A DNA stretch of 64,000 bases from Polyangiaceae bacterium (GTDB taxonomy: Bacteria; Myxococcota_A; Polyangia; Polyangiales; Polyangiaceae): NCBI GenBank assembly GCA_965222375.1, contig CBDCTZ010000013.1, forward strand, positions 64,001-128,000. The letters are read 5' to 3'. Numbering within the stretch: position 1 is the first letter of the stretch; every line of letters starts with the position of its first letter. A model generated the notes under the pieces. It saw nothing but the letters and a program-made list of their open reading frames with translations, was not told the origin of the DNA and made no database searches. A program made the translations under genes and the position numbers. Shown here in pieces: positions 17,223 through 26,702 of this stretch.

Positions 17223-19475
17223 ATGCACAAACGGACGATTATCTCGGTCGCGCTCGGCGCGTTCTTGGCAAACAACTCAGCTGCGCTGGCCCAGCCTGGG
17301 GCCAAGGCCCCGCCTGCCCCCGAAGAGCCCAACGCAGCACCCAAACCCGGCGCACCCGAACCTGGCGGGGCACCCAAACCTGACGCGGCACCCAAACCTC
17401 CAGCCGCACCAGCACCGGGCACCCAACCCACAACGCCACCAAAGCCCCGACCGGCCGACCCGCCCGCCACCGGGGATCCGCCACCCGCGGCTCCACCACC
17501 CACTCACCCGCGGGGCCCGCGTAGCCCGAGCGCGCAGCCCAAGCCCGGGGCGATGCCGGGTCTCGGCCCCATGCCGATGTGGCCGCAACCCGGCACGGAC
17601 ACCAAGGCCCTGAAGACTCAGGGGCGCGATCGCCCGGACGCGAAGAAAGCAGCGACGGATCCAGATCGGGTCTTCTCGGAGCAGTGGTGGTCCCACGCCC
17701 GCCCAATCTTCGAGATCCACGGCTACTTCCGCTTGCGGGCGGAATTGTTCCACAACTTCTCGCTTGGTCGCATCGACGAGCCTCAGCTCACCAGTACCGG
17801 CCTACCGAACCGTCCTCTATGGCCATTGCCCGCGGACAACCACTACAACGGACGCCAGGACGCCTTTGGCCCCACTCTGTGCACGGCTGACGAGGGCCAG
17901 GTGGGCGACAGCGATGATCCCGCTCAGGGGCTGTTCCCCTGCAAGAACAAGACTCAGGCGGGCGCCAACATCCGCTTTCGCCTCAACCCGGAGTTGCACA
18001 TCTCGGACAACTTGCGGGTGATGAGCCAAATCGACTTGCTTGACAACTTGGTGCTCGGCTCCACCCCCGAAGGCTACGGGAATAGCCCGGCAGATGGGGG
18101 CGGCTACGGCGTGAACAAGCGCTCCGGCTACGCGCCCCTCGGCGCCTTCGACAGCACCCAGTCGCCCCCGAGCGCTGGCGACAACAGCCTGAAAGACAGC
18201 GTGCGGGTCAAGCGTGTGTGGGCGGAGTACCTCACGCCCGTGGGGCAGTTGCGTTTTGGTCGCATGCCCAGCCACTGGGGCTTGGGTCTGCTCGCCAACT
18301 CCGGTGACGGTCACGACGACGACTATCAGACGACCGCTGACCGCATCCTGTTCGTCACCGGCATCAAGAGCCTCGACATCTACTTCGCTGGTGCCTGGGA
18401 CTTCGCCAACGAAGGTGCCACGAGCGAAAACCAGAAGCTGCCCCAAGGTCAAGCCTACGACTTGGCGCAGCTCGACGACGTTGACCAATACGTCTTCGCG
18501 GTCACGCGCCGCAAGAACCCAGAGCTGACCAAGCTCGCCTTGGCCAAAGGTCAGGTTGTGCTCAACGGGGGCGCCTACGTCGTGCATCGTCGCCAGCTCT
18601 TGGCCAATGACCAACGCGGCGGCTGCAACAGCGGCGCAGCCGCGATCGGCTGCACCTCTGGCGACGTTTCGAGCGGTTTCGTGCGTCGGGGAGCCTCGGC
18701 GTGGATCCCGGATATCTGGCTGCAGCTCTTGTATAAGAAGTTCCGCTTCGAGCTCGAAGCCGTCACGATCCAAGGATCCATCGAAAACCTGAGCGTGGTG
18801 CCCGGAAACACTGACTTCGTCAACCAGAACGGAGACAACGGCTGGAAGATCCGCCAGTACGGCTACGCTCTCGAGCTGGAGCAGAAGCTCGTCGAAGACC
18901 GACTCAAGCTGGCCTTCATGCACGGCTGGGCTTCGGGAGACGGCGATGTCTTCGGCCCACAGACCGGCGCTGGCGGGCTGTCTCCAGGCCTCGACGGGCT
19001 TCAACAGCAGCAAGGCGATCGCACCATCTCCACGTTCCGGTTCCACCCCAACTACAAGGTGGACTTGATCCTGCACCGCAATCTGCTCAACCGCGTGCAA
19101 GGCACCTACTACTTCCGCCCCAGCGTGGACTACGACTTCCTACGCAACCAAAACGGGCAGCGCTTTGGTGGCGGTTTCGCGGCCATTTGGTCCCGTGCTA
19201 GCCAATTCGTCCAGACGCCGGGCCACAAGCGCGACCTAGGCATCGAGCTCAATCTGCAGCTGTACTATCAGTCCAAAGACGGCGCCCTCAACGACGATCC
19301 CGACAAGATGGGCGGCTTCTTCACGTCACTTCAGTACGGCGTACTCTTCCCCCTTGGCGGCCTCGGCTATCAGCCCCAAGAGCAAACCCGGATCATCGAC
19401 GAATTGCGCGACAGCGGCGCCGCAGACACTTCGACGGCTCAGATCCTACGCTGGTACATGGGCGTCCTGTTCTAA
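17223..19475 (+). CDS. Myxobacterial outer-membrane beta-barrel protein (TIGR04551-like), copy 1
   Basis: Signal peptide, Pro-rich linker, FEIHGYFRLRAELFHNF, GQLRFGRMPSHWGLG, FRFHPNYKVDLIL, terminal Phe. Confidence 0.85.
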   Translation: MHKRTIISVALGAFLANNSAALAQPGAKAPPAPEEPNAAPKPGAPEPGGAPKPDAAPKPPAAPAPGTQPTTPPKPRPADPPATGDPPPAAPPPTHPRGPRSPSAQPKPGAMPGLGPMPMWPQPGTDTKALKTQGRDRPDAKKAATDPDRVFSEQWWSHARPIFEIHGYFRLRAELFHNFSLGRIDEPQLTSTGLPNRPLWPLPADNHYNGRQDAFGPTLCTADEGQVGDSDDPAQGLFPCKNKTQAGANIRFRLNPELHISDNLRVMSQIDLLDNLVLGSTPEGYGNSPADGGGYGVNKRSGYAPLGAFDSTQSPPSAGDNSLKDSVRVKRVWAEYLTPVGQLRFGRMPSHWGLGLLANSGDGHDDDYQTTADRILFVTGIKSLDIYFAGAWDFANEGATSENQKLPQGQAYDLAQLDDVDQYVFAVTRRKNPELTKLALAKGQVVLNGGAYVVHRRQLLANDQRGGCNSGAAAIGCTSGDVSSGFVRRGASAWIPDIWLQLLYKKFRFELEAVTIQGSIENLSVVPGNTDFVNQNGDNGWKIRQYGYALELEQKLVEDRLKLAFMHGWASGDGDVFGPQTGAGGLSPGLDGLQQQQGDRTISTFRFHPNYKVDLILHRNLLNRVQGTYYFRPSVDYDFLRNQNGQRFGGGFAAIWSRASQFVQTPGHKRDLGIELNLQLYYQSKDGALNDDPDKMGGFFTSLQYGVLFPLGGLGYQPQEQTRIIDELRDSGAADTSTAQILRWYMGVLF

Positions 19476-19648
19476 GACGGCCCACACACAACGCATTCGC
19501 CCCGCAGCACGACTCGCCCCACCGTCAGCCAAGCAATGATTCACCGCCCGCCCAACAGGATAATCCGGCCTCACAACGGTCAATCCCTGCAGGGGCCCGT
19601 CGTTTTGCGCGTTGAGCCCGGCCAGCCTCCCTCCGTGACGAAAGAACT

Positions 19649-19682
19649 CCTTTGACAGCATTTGCACCGCCGTGCGAGACAA
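19649..19682 (+). promoter_or_regulatory. Conserved upstream element with TTGACA, copy 2
   Basis: CCTTTGACAGCATTTGCACCGCCGTGCGAGACAA at nearly the same distance from the ATG as copy 1. Confidence 0.6.
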
Positions 19683-19704
19683 ACGACCAAGGCTTCAGGC
19701 CGCA

Positions 19705-21936
19705 ATGTGCAAACGGACGATTATCTCGCTCGCGCTCAGCGCGTTCTTGACGGACACCTCCTTAGCTTTGGCACAGCCTGTGCCAAAGGCGCCGCCCGGC
19801 GACGATGAGCCCGGCGCTGTACCGAAACCCGCCGCGCCCAAGCCTGGCGCCGCGCCAAAACCGGGTACGACCGCCGCGCCGGGAACGCAGCCTGGTACCG
19901 CGCCAAAACCTGGCGCCAGCGATCCCCCACCAGCGGACCCACCGCCCGCGGGCGCTCGCGGGACCCCACCCACAGATCCGCCACCAACTCGACCGCGGGG
20001 ACCGCAGGGCCCCAGCGCGAAGCCAACTCCCGGTGCAATGCCAGGCCTGGGTCCAATGCCGATGTGGCCGCAGCCCCGCACGGACACAAAGGCACTCAAA
20101 GCTCAAGGCAAAGATCGACCAGACGCGAAGAAGGCCGAAACGGATCCCGATCAGATCTACGCGGAGCAATGGTGGTCCAACGCCCGTGCTAGTTTCGAGA
20201 TCCACGGTTACTTCCGCTTGCGCGCTGAGCTGTTCCACAACTTCTCTCTCGGTCGTATCGACGAGCCGAACCGCGCGCTGTGGCCCATGCCCGCGGACAA
20301 TCACTACAACGGACGCCAGAACACCTTCGGCCCCGCACTGTGCACCGCCGATGAGGCTCAGCTGGGCGACAGCGACGATCCTGCTCAGGGGCTGTTCCCC
20401 TGCAAAAACAAGACTCAAGCGGGCGCGAACATCCGCTTTAGGCTCAATCCGGAGTTGCACATCTCGGACAACTTGCGGGTGATGAGCCAGATCGATCTGC
20501 TCGACAATCTGGTGCTCGGGTCGACCCCGGAAGGCTACGCAAATAGCCCCGCAGATGTTGGCGGCTACGCCGTGAACAAGCGCTCGGGCTATGCGCCGCT
20601 AGGCGCGTTCGACTCCACTCAGTCACCACCCAGCGCTGGAGACAACAGCCTCAAGGACAGCGTTCGGGTCAAGCGCGTCTGGGCAGAATACCTGACCCCC
20701 GTCGGCCAGTTGCGCTTCGGTCGCATGCCCAGCCACTGGGGCTTGGGTCTGCTCGCAAACTCCGGCGACGGGCACGACGACGACTACCAGACGACCGCCG
20801 ACCGCATCTTGTTCGTCACCGGCATCAAGAGCCTGGACATCTACTTCGCCGGTGCGTGGGACTTCGCCAACGAAGGTGCCACCAGCGAGAACCAGAAACT
20901 GCCCCAGGGCCAGGCCTACGATCTTGGACAGCTCGACGACGTCGACCAGTATGTCTTCGCGGTCACCCGCCGCAAGAACCCGGAGCTGACCAAGCTCGCC
21001 TTGGCCAAGGGCAAGGTAGTCCTCAACGGCGGCGCCTACGTCGTGCATCGCCGCCAGCTGCTCGCCAACGACCAGAGCGGAGGCTGCAACAACGGCGCAG
21101 CCGCCATTGGCTGCACTTCCGGCGATGTTTCCAACGGTTTTGTGCGCCGGGGAGCCTCCGCGTGGATCCCGGATATCTGGCTGCAGCTACTGTACAAGAA
21201 GTTCCGCTTCGAGATGGAAGCCGTCACGATTCAAGGTTCCATCGAGAACCTGCGCGCCGAGCCGGGCAGCAGCGACTTCGTCAATCAGAACGGTGACAAC
21301 GGCTGGAAGATCCGCCAGTACGGCTACGCCCTCGAACTGGAGCAGAAGCTGGTCGAGGACCGACTCAAGCTGGCCTTCATGCACGGCTGGGCATCTGGGG
21401 ACGGCGATGTCTTCGGACCGCAGACCGGCGCGGGTGGGCTCTCACCCGGCCTCGACGGCTTGCAGCCCCAGCAGGGCGACCGCACGATTTCCACCTTCCG
21501 GTTCCACCCGAACTACAAGGTGGACTTGATCCTGCACCGCAACTTGCTCAACCGCGTGCAAGGCACCTACTACTTCCGCCCCAGTGTGGACTACGACTTC
21601 CTGCGCAACCAAAACGGGCAGCGCTTCGGTGGCGGCTTCGCTGCGATTTGGTCGCGGGCCAGTCAGTTCGTTCAGACCCCGGGCCACAAGCGAGACCTGG
21701 GCATCGAACTCAACCTTCAGCTGTACTACCAGTCCAAGGACGGCGCTCTGAACGACGACCCCGACAAGATGGGCGGCTTCTTCACGTCACTTCAGTACGG
21801 CGTGCTCTTCCCCCTCGGCGGCCTGGGCTATCAGCCCCAAGAGCAAACCCGCATCATCGACGACCTGCGCGACAGCGGCGCCGCTGACACCTCGACGGCG
21901 CAAATCCTCCGCTGGTACATGGGCGTCCTGTTCTAG
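19705..21936 (+). CDS. Myxobacterial outer-membrane beta-barrel protein (TIGR04551-like), copy 2
   Basis: Nearly identical in the barrel region to 17223-19475. Confidence 0.85.
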   Translation: MCKRTIISLALSAFLTDTSLALAQPVPKAPPGDDEPGAVPKPAAPKPGAAPKPGTTAAPGTQPGTAPKPGASDPPPADPPPAGARGTPPTDPPPTRPRGPQGPSAKPTPGAMPGLGPMPMWPQPRTDTKALKAQGKDRPDAKKAETDPDQIYAEQWWSNARASFEIHGYFRLRAELFHNFSLGRIDEPNRALWPMPADNHYNGRQNTFGPALCTADEAQLGDSDDPAQGLFPCKNKTQAGANIRFRLNPELHISDNLRVMSQIDLLDNLVLGSTPEGYANSPADVGGYAVNKRSGYAPLGAFDSTQSPPSAGDNSLKDSVRVKRVWAEYLTPVGQLRFGRMPSHWGLGLLANSGDGHDDDYQTTADRILFVTGIKSLDIYFAGAWDFANEGATSENQKLPQGQAYDLGQLDDVDQYVFAVTRRKNPELTKLALAKGKVVLNGGAYVVHRRQLLANDQSGGCNNGAAAIGCTSGDVSNGFVRRGASAWIPDIWLQLLYKKFRFEMEAVTIQGSIENLRAEPGSSDFVNQNGDNGWKIRQYGYALELEQKLVEDRLKLAFMHGWASGDGDVFGPQTGAGGLSPGLDGLQPQQGDRTISTFRFHPNYKVDLILHRNLLNRVQGTYYFRPSVDYDFLRNQNGQRFGGGFAAIWSRASQFVQTPGHKRDLGIELNLQLYYQSKDGALNDDPDKMGGFFTSLQYGVLFPLGGLGYQPQEQTRIIDDLRDSGAADTSTAQILRWYMGVLF

Positions 21937-21978
21937 GCACAGCCGGCGCTTTCATTGACGACGCGCAAGCGCCGAGCG

Positions 21979-22566
21979 TCAGTCCGCCCACTGAATCAAG
22001 AACTCGCAGTTCGGCCCGCCCATGATTCGGCAGTTGGTCTCTTCGACCGAGATCTCGCTGCGTGGTCCCATCTCCAAGGACCCCATGACCCAGCCGGCAA
22101 CAGATAGACAATGGGAGCGGTGAGGCGTCGGAAAATCTGAGATCGTCACGTACAGTCCGTTCCTACCGTGCGAGCGGGACATCAGCTTGCCACCGTCGTA
22201 GTGGGAGCCCCACAGACCTGCGGCGATCCCGATGAACGTGGATGGACGCATGTGGCGCATGAACATGCTCTTCCACACACCCAAATTGTGGGTCGCCGCG
22301 AAGCGACCGATTTCCCAGGCCAGCTCCAAGTCCCCACGGCCAAAGAGCTGGTCCGCGACGACGTTGGCCTCGATGAAGTGCTCGAAGTCCACCCAGCCAC
22401 CGGGCGGGTCGGCAGTCGCCGCGAAGAGTGCTCGCAGCGGTGGCGTCACAGTGGCGCGGTAGCGTTCCAGTGCCTCGGCACCCAGATGCTTGTCCACGAA
22501 TGCCTCCCGCGCACGCACCGTCCGGAGCTGCACTCGCGCTTTCGCGCCCGATCCCGCCTCGCTCAT
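21979..22566 (-). CDS. Hypothetical V4R/DUF2378-like ligand-binding protein
   Basis: GWVDFEHF...GRFAATHNL...LWGSHYDGG...CRIMGGPNCEFLIQW; C-terminal C-x5-C-E-F-x-x-x-W pattern resembles V4R-like domains. Confidence 0.6.
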   Translation of the reverse strand: MSEAGSGAKARVQLRTVRAREAFVDKHLGAEALERYRATVTPPLRALFAATADPPGGWVDFEHFIEANVVADQLFGRGDLELAWEIGRFAATHNLGVWKSMFMRHMRPSTFIGIAAGLWGSHYDGGKLMSRSHGRNGLYVTISDFPTPHRSHCLSVAGWVMGSLEMGPRSEISVEETNCRIMGGPNCEFLIQWAD

Positions 22567-22729
22567 CGCCTTGCTAATGGTACGCTACCCAGGGCCCTGA
22601 AACCCGAGACCGCAAAAACCCGTACCCGAGCGTGTCGATCCCCACAAAGGCGGCACGCTTGCCGCCTGGGCGGCAGTGTGGAAGGAATTTCAGCTGCTAG
22701 CGGCTCCTGACCCACACAGAGGACTCATC

Positions 22730-23728
22730 ATGGCTTCGCTTCGTAACTACTTGTTAGCATTCGGTTTCTTTGGTTTGGCGGCCGCAGCGCCGGCATGTAG
22801 CTCCGACAGTGGCAGCGGTGGCAGCGGCGGCGGTACCGGCGCTGTTGGCGCAACCGGGGGCGGCGGCACGAGCGGCGTGGGAGCAACCGGCGGAACGGGC
22901 GCAGGCGGAGCAGGCGGAAGCGCTGGCACGCCCACCTGCGATCCCGGCCCCGGCTACAAGGGCAACGTCACGCCGCAGAAGGTGGATTCCCTCAACGGCA
23001 AGCTCGTCGATCTGGACGGCAATCCAGTTGGCGACACCGTCACCACGGTTTGCGGACTCTCCCTGTGCATCTTCGGCAGCACCGACAAGGATGGCACCGT
23101 CGTCACCTGCGACAAGCAGACCAAACTCTGCACACCTGGCATCACGGTCGGACAGGACATGCAAAAGCCCGCCTTCAAGTACGCCATCGGCCTGAACTAC
23201 GCGAAGTTCGCGTTGCTCACGCCGCCGGGCTCGACCACGGTCGACGTCGGCACTCAGGTAACCGCAAAGTTCCCCGACTTCTCTCAGGGTCAGGACATCA
23301 ACGCGGGCGCGGACATGGTCAGCGCGGGCGTGACGCTGCGTTTGGCCGCCAACACCAAGATCTCCTTCGAGCCGGACTTCATCACCGCCGAAGAGAAGCG
23401 CTACCGGGTCGTGGACATTCCCATGGCCAAGGCGCCGGAAGTCGTCGACAAGTCCCTGAACTTCGACGGCCTGGTCGCCACCACTCCGGTGGACACGGAC
23501 TTCTGTCCGCACGCGACCATGCTCTTCCCCAACAACTACGGCTACGCCGCGGGCGCCGCCGTCGAGATCTGGATCCACGGTGTGGACACCGAGGAGTCCT
23601 GGGCGCCCTATGGCGGCTGGGGCAAGGTCAGCGACGCCACGGTTTCCGGGGACGGCTCCAGCATCGAAACCGTCGCCGACCAAGGCATTCCCATGCTCGG
23701 GACCTTCGGCATTCGCAAGAAGCCATGA
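22730..23728 (+). CDS. Lipoprotein with Gly-rich linker, function unknown
   Basis: RBS GAGG, lipobox APAC, Gly-rich tether; stop overlaps the next ATG (ATGA). Confidence 0.8.
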   Translation: MASLRNYLLAFGFFGLAAAAPACSSDSGSGGSGGGTGAVGATGGGGTSGVGATGGTGAGGAGGSAGTPTCDPGPGYKGNVTPQKVDSLNGKLVDLDGNPVGDTVTTVCGLSLCIFGSTDKDGTVVTCDKQTKLCTPGITVGQDMQKPAFKYAIGLNYAKFALLTPPGSTTVDVGTQVTAKFPDFSQGQDINAGADMVSAGVTLRLAANTKISFEPDFITAEEKRYRVVDIPMAKAPEVVDKSLNFDGLVATTPVDTDFCPHATMLFPNNYGYAAGAAVEIWIHGVDTEESWAPYGGWGKVSDATVSGDGSSIETVADQGIPMLGTFGIRKKP

Positions 23729-24384
23729 ACTACCTCTCCCTAGTCCTCATTTGTCTTTGGGCGCTGCCCGCCTGCGGCACCAATCGTCCCGACATTCCCG
23801 AGGACTTGAAGCAACCCGCTGGGGGCGCCGGCACGGCCGGCAACTACCCCGCGGGGCCGTACGGCAGTGAGAAGGGCGACACGATCGAGAACTTCACCTT
23901 CGCCTCGTCCTGGCTCGACCCTGCCGCAGCGAACTATGATCCGGCCGCGTTTGCGCCACTCTCCTTCGCCGACTTCCACGATCCCGACGGCACCAAGGGC
24001 AACAAGCTCCTGCTCTTGAACACATCCGCGGTGTGGTGTGGCGCCTGCAAGGCCGAGCACGGCGGCAGCCAGAACAAGCCCTCCCTCAACGAGCACCACG
24101 ACGACCTGAATCCGAAAGGGCTCACCATCATCAGTCTCTTGTTCCAAGACGCCAAGAGCGACCCGGCCAAGGTCGAGCATCTCGTAGCCTGGACCCAGTC
24201 CTTCGAATCCCGCCATCCCATGGGCCTCGATCCCGAGTACCAGATGGGCCGCTTCGGCTCTGCGGAAAACGCTCCCCTCAACATCATCGTGGAAACGCGC
24301 ACCATGACGGTGATAGAGAAGTTCATCGGTGATCAGGCCACCGTCATGTGGCCCTTCATCGAATCCGAGCTGGCCAAACGCTAA
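23725..24384 (+). CDS. Redoxin (TlpA/Prx-like thioredoxin-fold) lipoprotein
   Basis: MNYLSLVLICLWALPAC lipobox; YPAGPYG; LLLNTSAVWCGAC; APLNIIVE. The true start lies inside ORF 23050-24384. Confidence 0.88.
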   Translation: MNYLSLVLICLWALPACGTNRPDIPEDLKQPAGGAGTAGNYPAGPYGSEKGDTIENFTFASSWLDPAAANYDPAAFAPLSFADFHDPDGTKGNKLLLLNTSAVWCGACKAEHGGSQNKPSLNEHHDDLNPKGLTIISLLFQDAKSDPAKVEHLVAWTQSFESRHPMGLDPEYQMGRFGSAENAPLNIIVETRTMTVIEKFIGDQATVMWPFIESELAKR

Positions 24385-24399
24385 CGCCGTCGCAATCGC

Positions 24400-26277
24400 A
24401 TGAGTCGCCGCCTGCTAACGCTGGCTCCAACAGGAGCCTTGCTCTGCCTGACGGCCCCAGCCTGGGCTTTCGACGCCGGCACCCTCGGCGACGATGCAGT
24501 GCAGCTCGACATCACCAACGCCACCAGCGTCGTCTACAACGTCGACAATCGCGACTCGAAGCCCAACCAGGTCAATACCCGCGCCAACGACGACTGGGGC
24601 GTTTGGTACAACCGCCTCAACGTCCAGGGCAGCTGGGGCAAATGGACCGCTGGCGTCCGCTTGGACAACGCCTGGTTCTACCGCTCGCCTTTCCCGGAGC
24701 AGATCGCCCTGGACTTGACCGAAGAACGCGGCAATCCGCCGGGCGGCATCCCGCGACCGACCTTCTTCCGTCAGAAGTTCCAGGAGGCGGGCGCCGAGCT
24801 CTCGAACCGCTACATCAACTGGCTCTACCCGGCGAAGTACTACGTGGGCTACACCACCCGGGACGTGGAGCTGCAGCTCGGCGACAGCTACGCGCAGCTC
24901 GGCCGGGGCTTGGTGCTGAGCGTTCGCAAAAGCGACGAGCTGGCCAGCGACAGCACCGTGCGGGGCGCCCGGGTGACCGGTCGGGTCAGAGCCGGCAAGA
25001 CCCGGCTGCGCATGACGGCCCTGGCCGGCGCGATGAATCCGCTGCGCATCGACGAAGCGAGCGGTCGCTACATCGGCGTCGATTCTTCCGTGACAAGCGG
25101 TGAGCTCGCTGTCGCCGAGGCGGGCATGCCCCGAGCGGTGGAAACCGACTTTCTGCCCCAGGTGCCCACCTATGCCCCGGACCGCATGATCGCCGGACAG
25201 TTCGAAGTCGCGCCCAAGGGTTTCAAACTGGGCACTCAAGGCTCGATGTTGATCCGTCAGGATCCCCTGAACCCCGACGTCGTACGACAAGCCGATCGAA
25301 TCCTGACTGCCAGCCAGTCCGTCGAGATCCCTGACATCGACAGCCATGGGGACGCCTACTTGGAAGTCGCGTATCAGTCCCTGAAGGACTCAGATCCCGA
25401 TGCGGGCCAGTCCCGCGAGCTGATCGACCCCGGCTACGCCATCTACGGCGCCGTCAGCGTGATTGAGCTGCCCTTTTCCCTACTCATCGAAGGCAAACAC
25501 TACCGTCGCTTCTTTCCCTTGCGAGCAAACGTCGATCTGTCGCGCTCCCGGGAGTTTTCCGGAGTGCAGTACAGCGCGCCGCCGACTACCGGCGCCTTCT
25601 GGATCGACACCGAATTCGAGGGCTTCAATACCTGCGTCACCGGTGGCCGCGCCAAGAGCGACGTACACGTCGGTAAAGACGAGAGTCTGTTCGCCTGGGT
25701 GGGCCACTACTACACCTGGGCAGAAAGCGTCTCCAACGACGGCTGTGAGATCAGCGACGAGAACCTGAACCGCGTCTGGGACCTAGCAGCCGGCGCGGAG
25801 ATCACAAGCCAGAAGCGGAAGAGCCGCGCCAACGTCACCTTGGGTGGGCGCATCGACGAAACCGACCGCTTGATCGACGACGGCTTCGGCCAAACCCACG
25901 TCTTTTACCAAGAGACCTACGCCCGCTACGACATCATCCGCCACCTCTCCGGTCCCTACTCGCTGCAGCTGCAGGGTTGGCACCGGCGCAGGCGTCAGTC
26001 CTTCGGCGGCGCGGACGAACCTTGGTTTGAAGGCCAGCACCTGACCGGCCTGGACATCGCGCCGTACTTTTCAGCCGCCCTCGGCGTGGAATACGACACC
26101 AACCCGCAAACGCCGGACACCTACTTCAACGCCCAGGTGACCTACAAGTTCACCAGCGCCAGCAGCGTGTCGCTCTTCGCGGGCCAGCGCCGAGGTGCCC
26201 TGCGTTGCGTCGCAGGCGTGTGCCGGGTGTTCCCGCCCTTCGAAGGCGGGCGCTTGGACGCGACGTTCCGGCTGTAA
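24400..26277 (+). CDS. Outer-membrane beta-barrel protein, DUF6029-like
   Basis: Signal peptide; LQLGDSYAQLGRGLVLS; C-term GQRRGALRCVAGVCRVFPPFEG motif characteristic of this family. Confidence 0.78.
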   Translation: MSRRLLTLAPTGALLCLTAPAWAFDAGTLGDDAVQLDITNATSVVYNVDNRDSKPNQVNTRANDDWGVWYNRLNVQGSWGKWTAGVRLDNAWFYRSPFPEQIALDLTEERGNPPGGIPRPTFFRQKFQEAGAELSNRYINWLYPAKYYVGYTTRDVELQLGDSYAQLGRGLVLSVRKSDELASDSTVRGARVTGRVRAGKTRLRMTALAGAMNPLRIDEASGRYIGVDSSVTSGELAVAEAGMPRAVETDFLPQVPTYAPDRMIAGQFEVAPKGFKLGTQGSMLIRQDPLNPDVVRQADRILTASQSVEIPDIDSHGDAYLEVAYQSLKDSDPDAGQSRELIDPGYAIYGAVSVIELPFSLLIEGKHYRRFFPLRANVDLSRSREFSGVQYSAPPTTGAFWIDTEFEGFNTCVTGGRAKSDVHVGKDESLFAWVGHYYTWAESVSNDGCEISDENLNRVWDLAAGAEITSQKRKSRANVTLGGRIDETDRLIDDGFGQTHVFYQETYARYDIIRHLSGPYSLQLQGWHRRRRQSFGGADEPWFEGQHLTGLDIAPYFSAALGVEYDTNPQTPDTYFNAQVTYKFTSASSVSLFAGQRRGALRCVAGVCRVFPPFEGGRLDATFRL

Positions 26278-26356
26278 GCGCCCCGGGCTCTGTTTGTATT
26301 TTTGGGGGTCGCATCCCTGCAGCGCGTCGTGCCACTACTCTCGACTATGGGGTGGC

Positions 26357-26702
26357 CTGTCCGTCCAGAACAAAGTGGTCCGTCGCCCTGAGGTAGAGGG
26401 GAGTTCTTCGTCGGCAGCGCGTTGGTTGGGGAGAAAGTCCAGCTCAGGCTGTCTGAATCGACTATTCGCGGTCGTGGCTTGTCGGAAGACGAGGAAACCA
26501 AGAACGGGCTGTCTGAATCGACTATTCGCGCTCGCAATGGCGCATAGGTGGAGGTCCGTTGGCGGGGCGCAATCGCCGTGACAAGGTCGTGGCCAGCTTT
26601 CGCTGGACGCCTGGAGCGAGAGTAACGCGCTCACCGCCTCTGGACAGCCGTTGATTGGCTTTCTCAGGTCAACCTTGTGGGCTGCCGGAGTCTGGAGGTT
26701 TT
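26357..26702 (-). ncRNA. Putative bridge/seek RNA region of the IS110-family element
   Basis: ~350-bp non-coding segment between the transposase stop and the IR; GGCTGTC/GACAGCC stem; two 8-nt segments matching the element's right junction. RNA boundaries unknown. Confidence 0.65.
26447..26530. repeat. Two perfect 24-bp direct repeats, 60-bp period
   Basis: GGCTGTCTGAATCGACTATTCGCG at 26447-26470 and 26507-26530. Confidence 0.95.

Noticed and set aside
23050..23724. Long N-terminal extension of ORF 23050-24384
   Set aside because: It overlaps the real lipoprotein gene in another frame; the signal peptide starts at ATG 23725.
26447..26530. 24-bp repeat with 36-bp spacer as a CRISPR mini-array or TIGR array
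   Set aside because: There are only two units and no cas genes in the window. The repeats lie inside the IS inverted repeats, and the adjacent protein retains the IS110 DEDD and SSG catalytic motifs.
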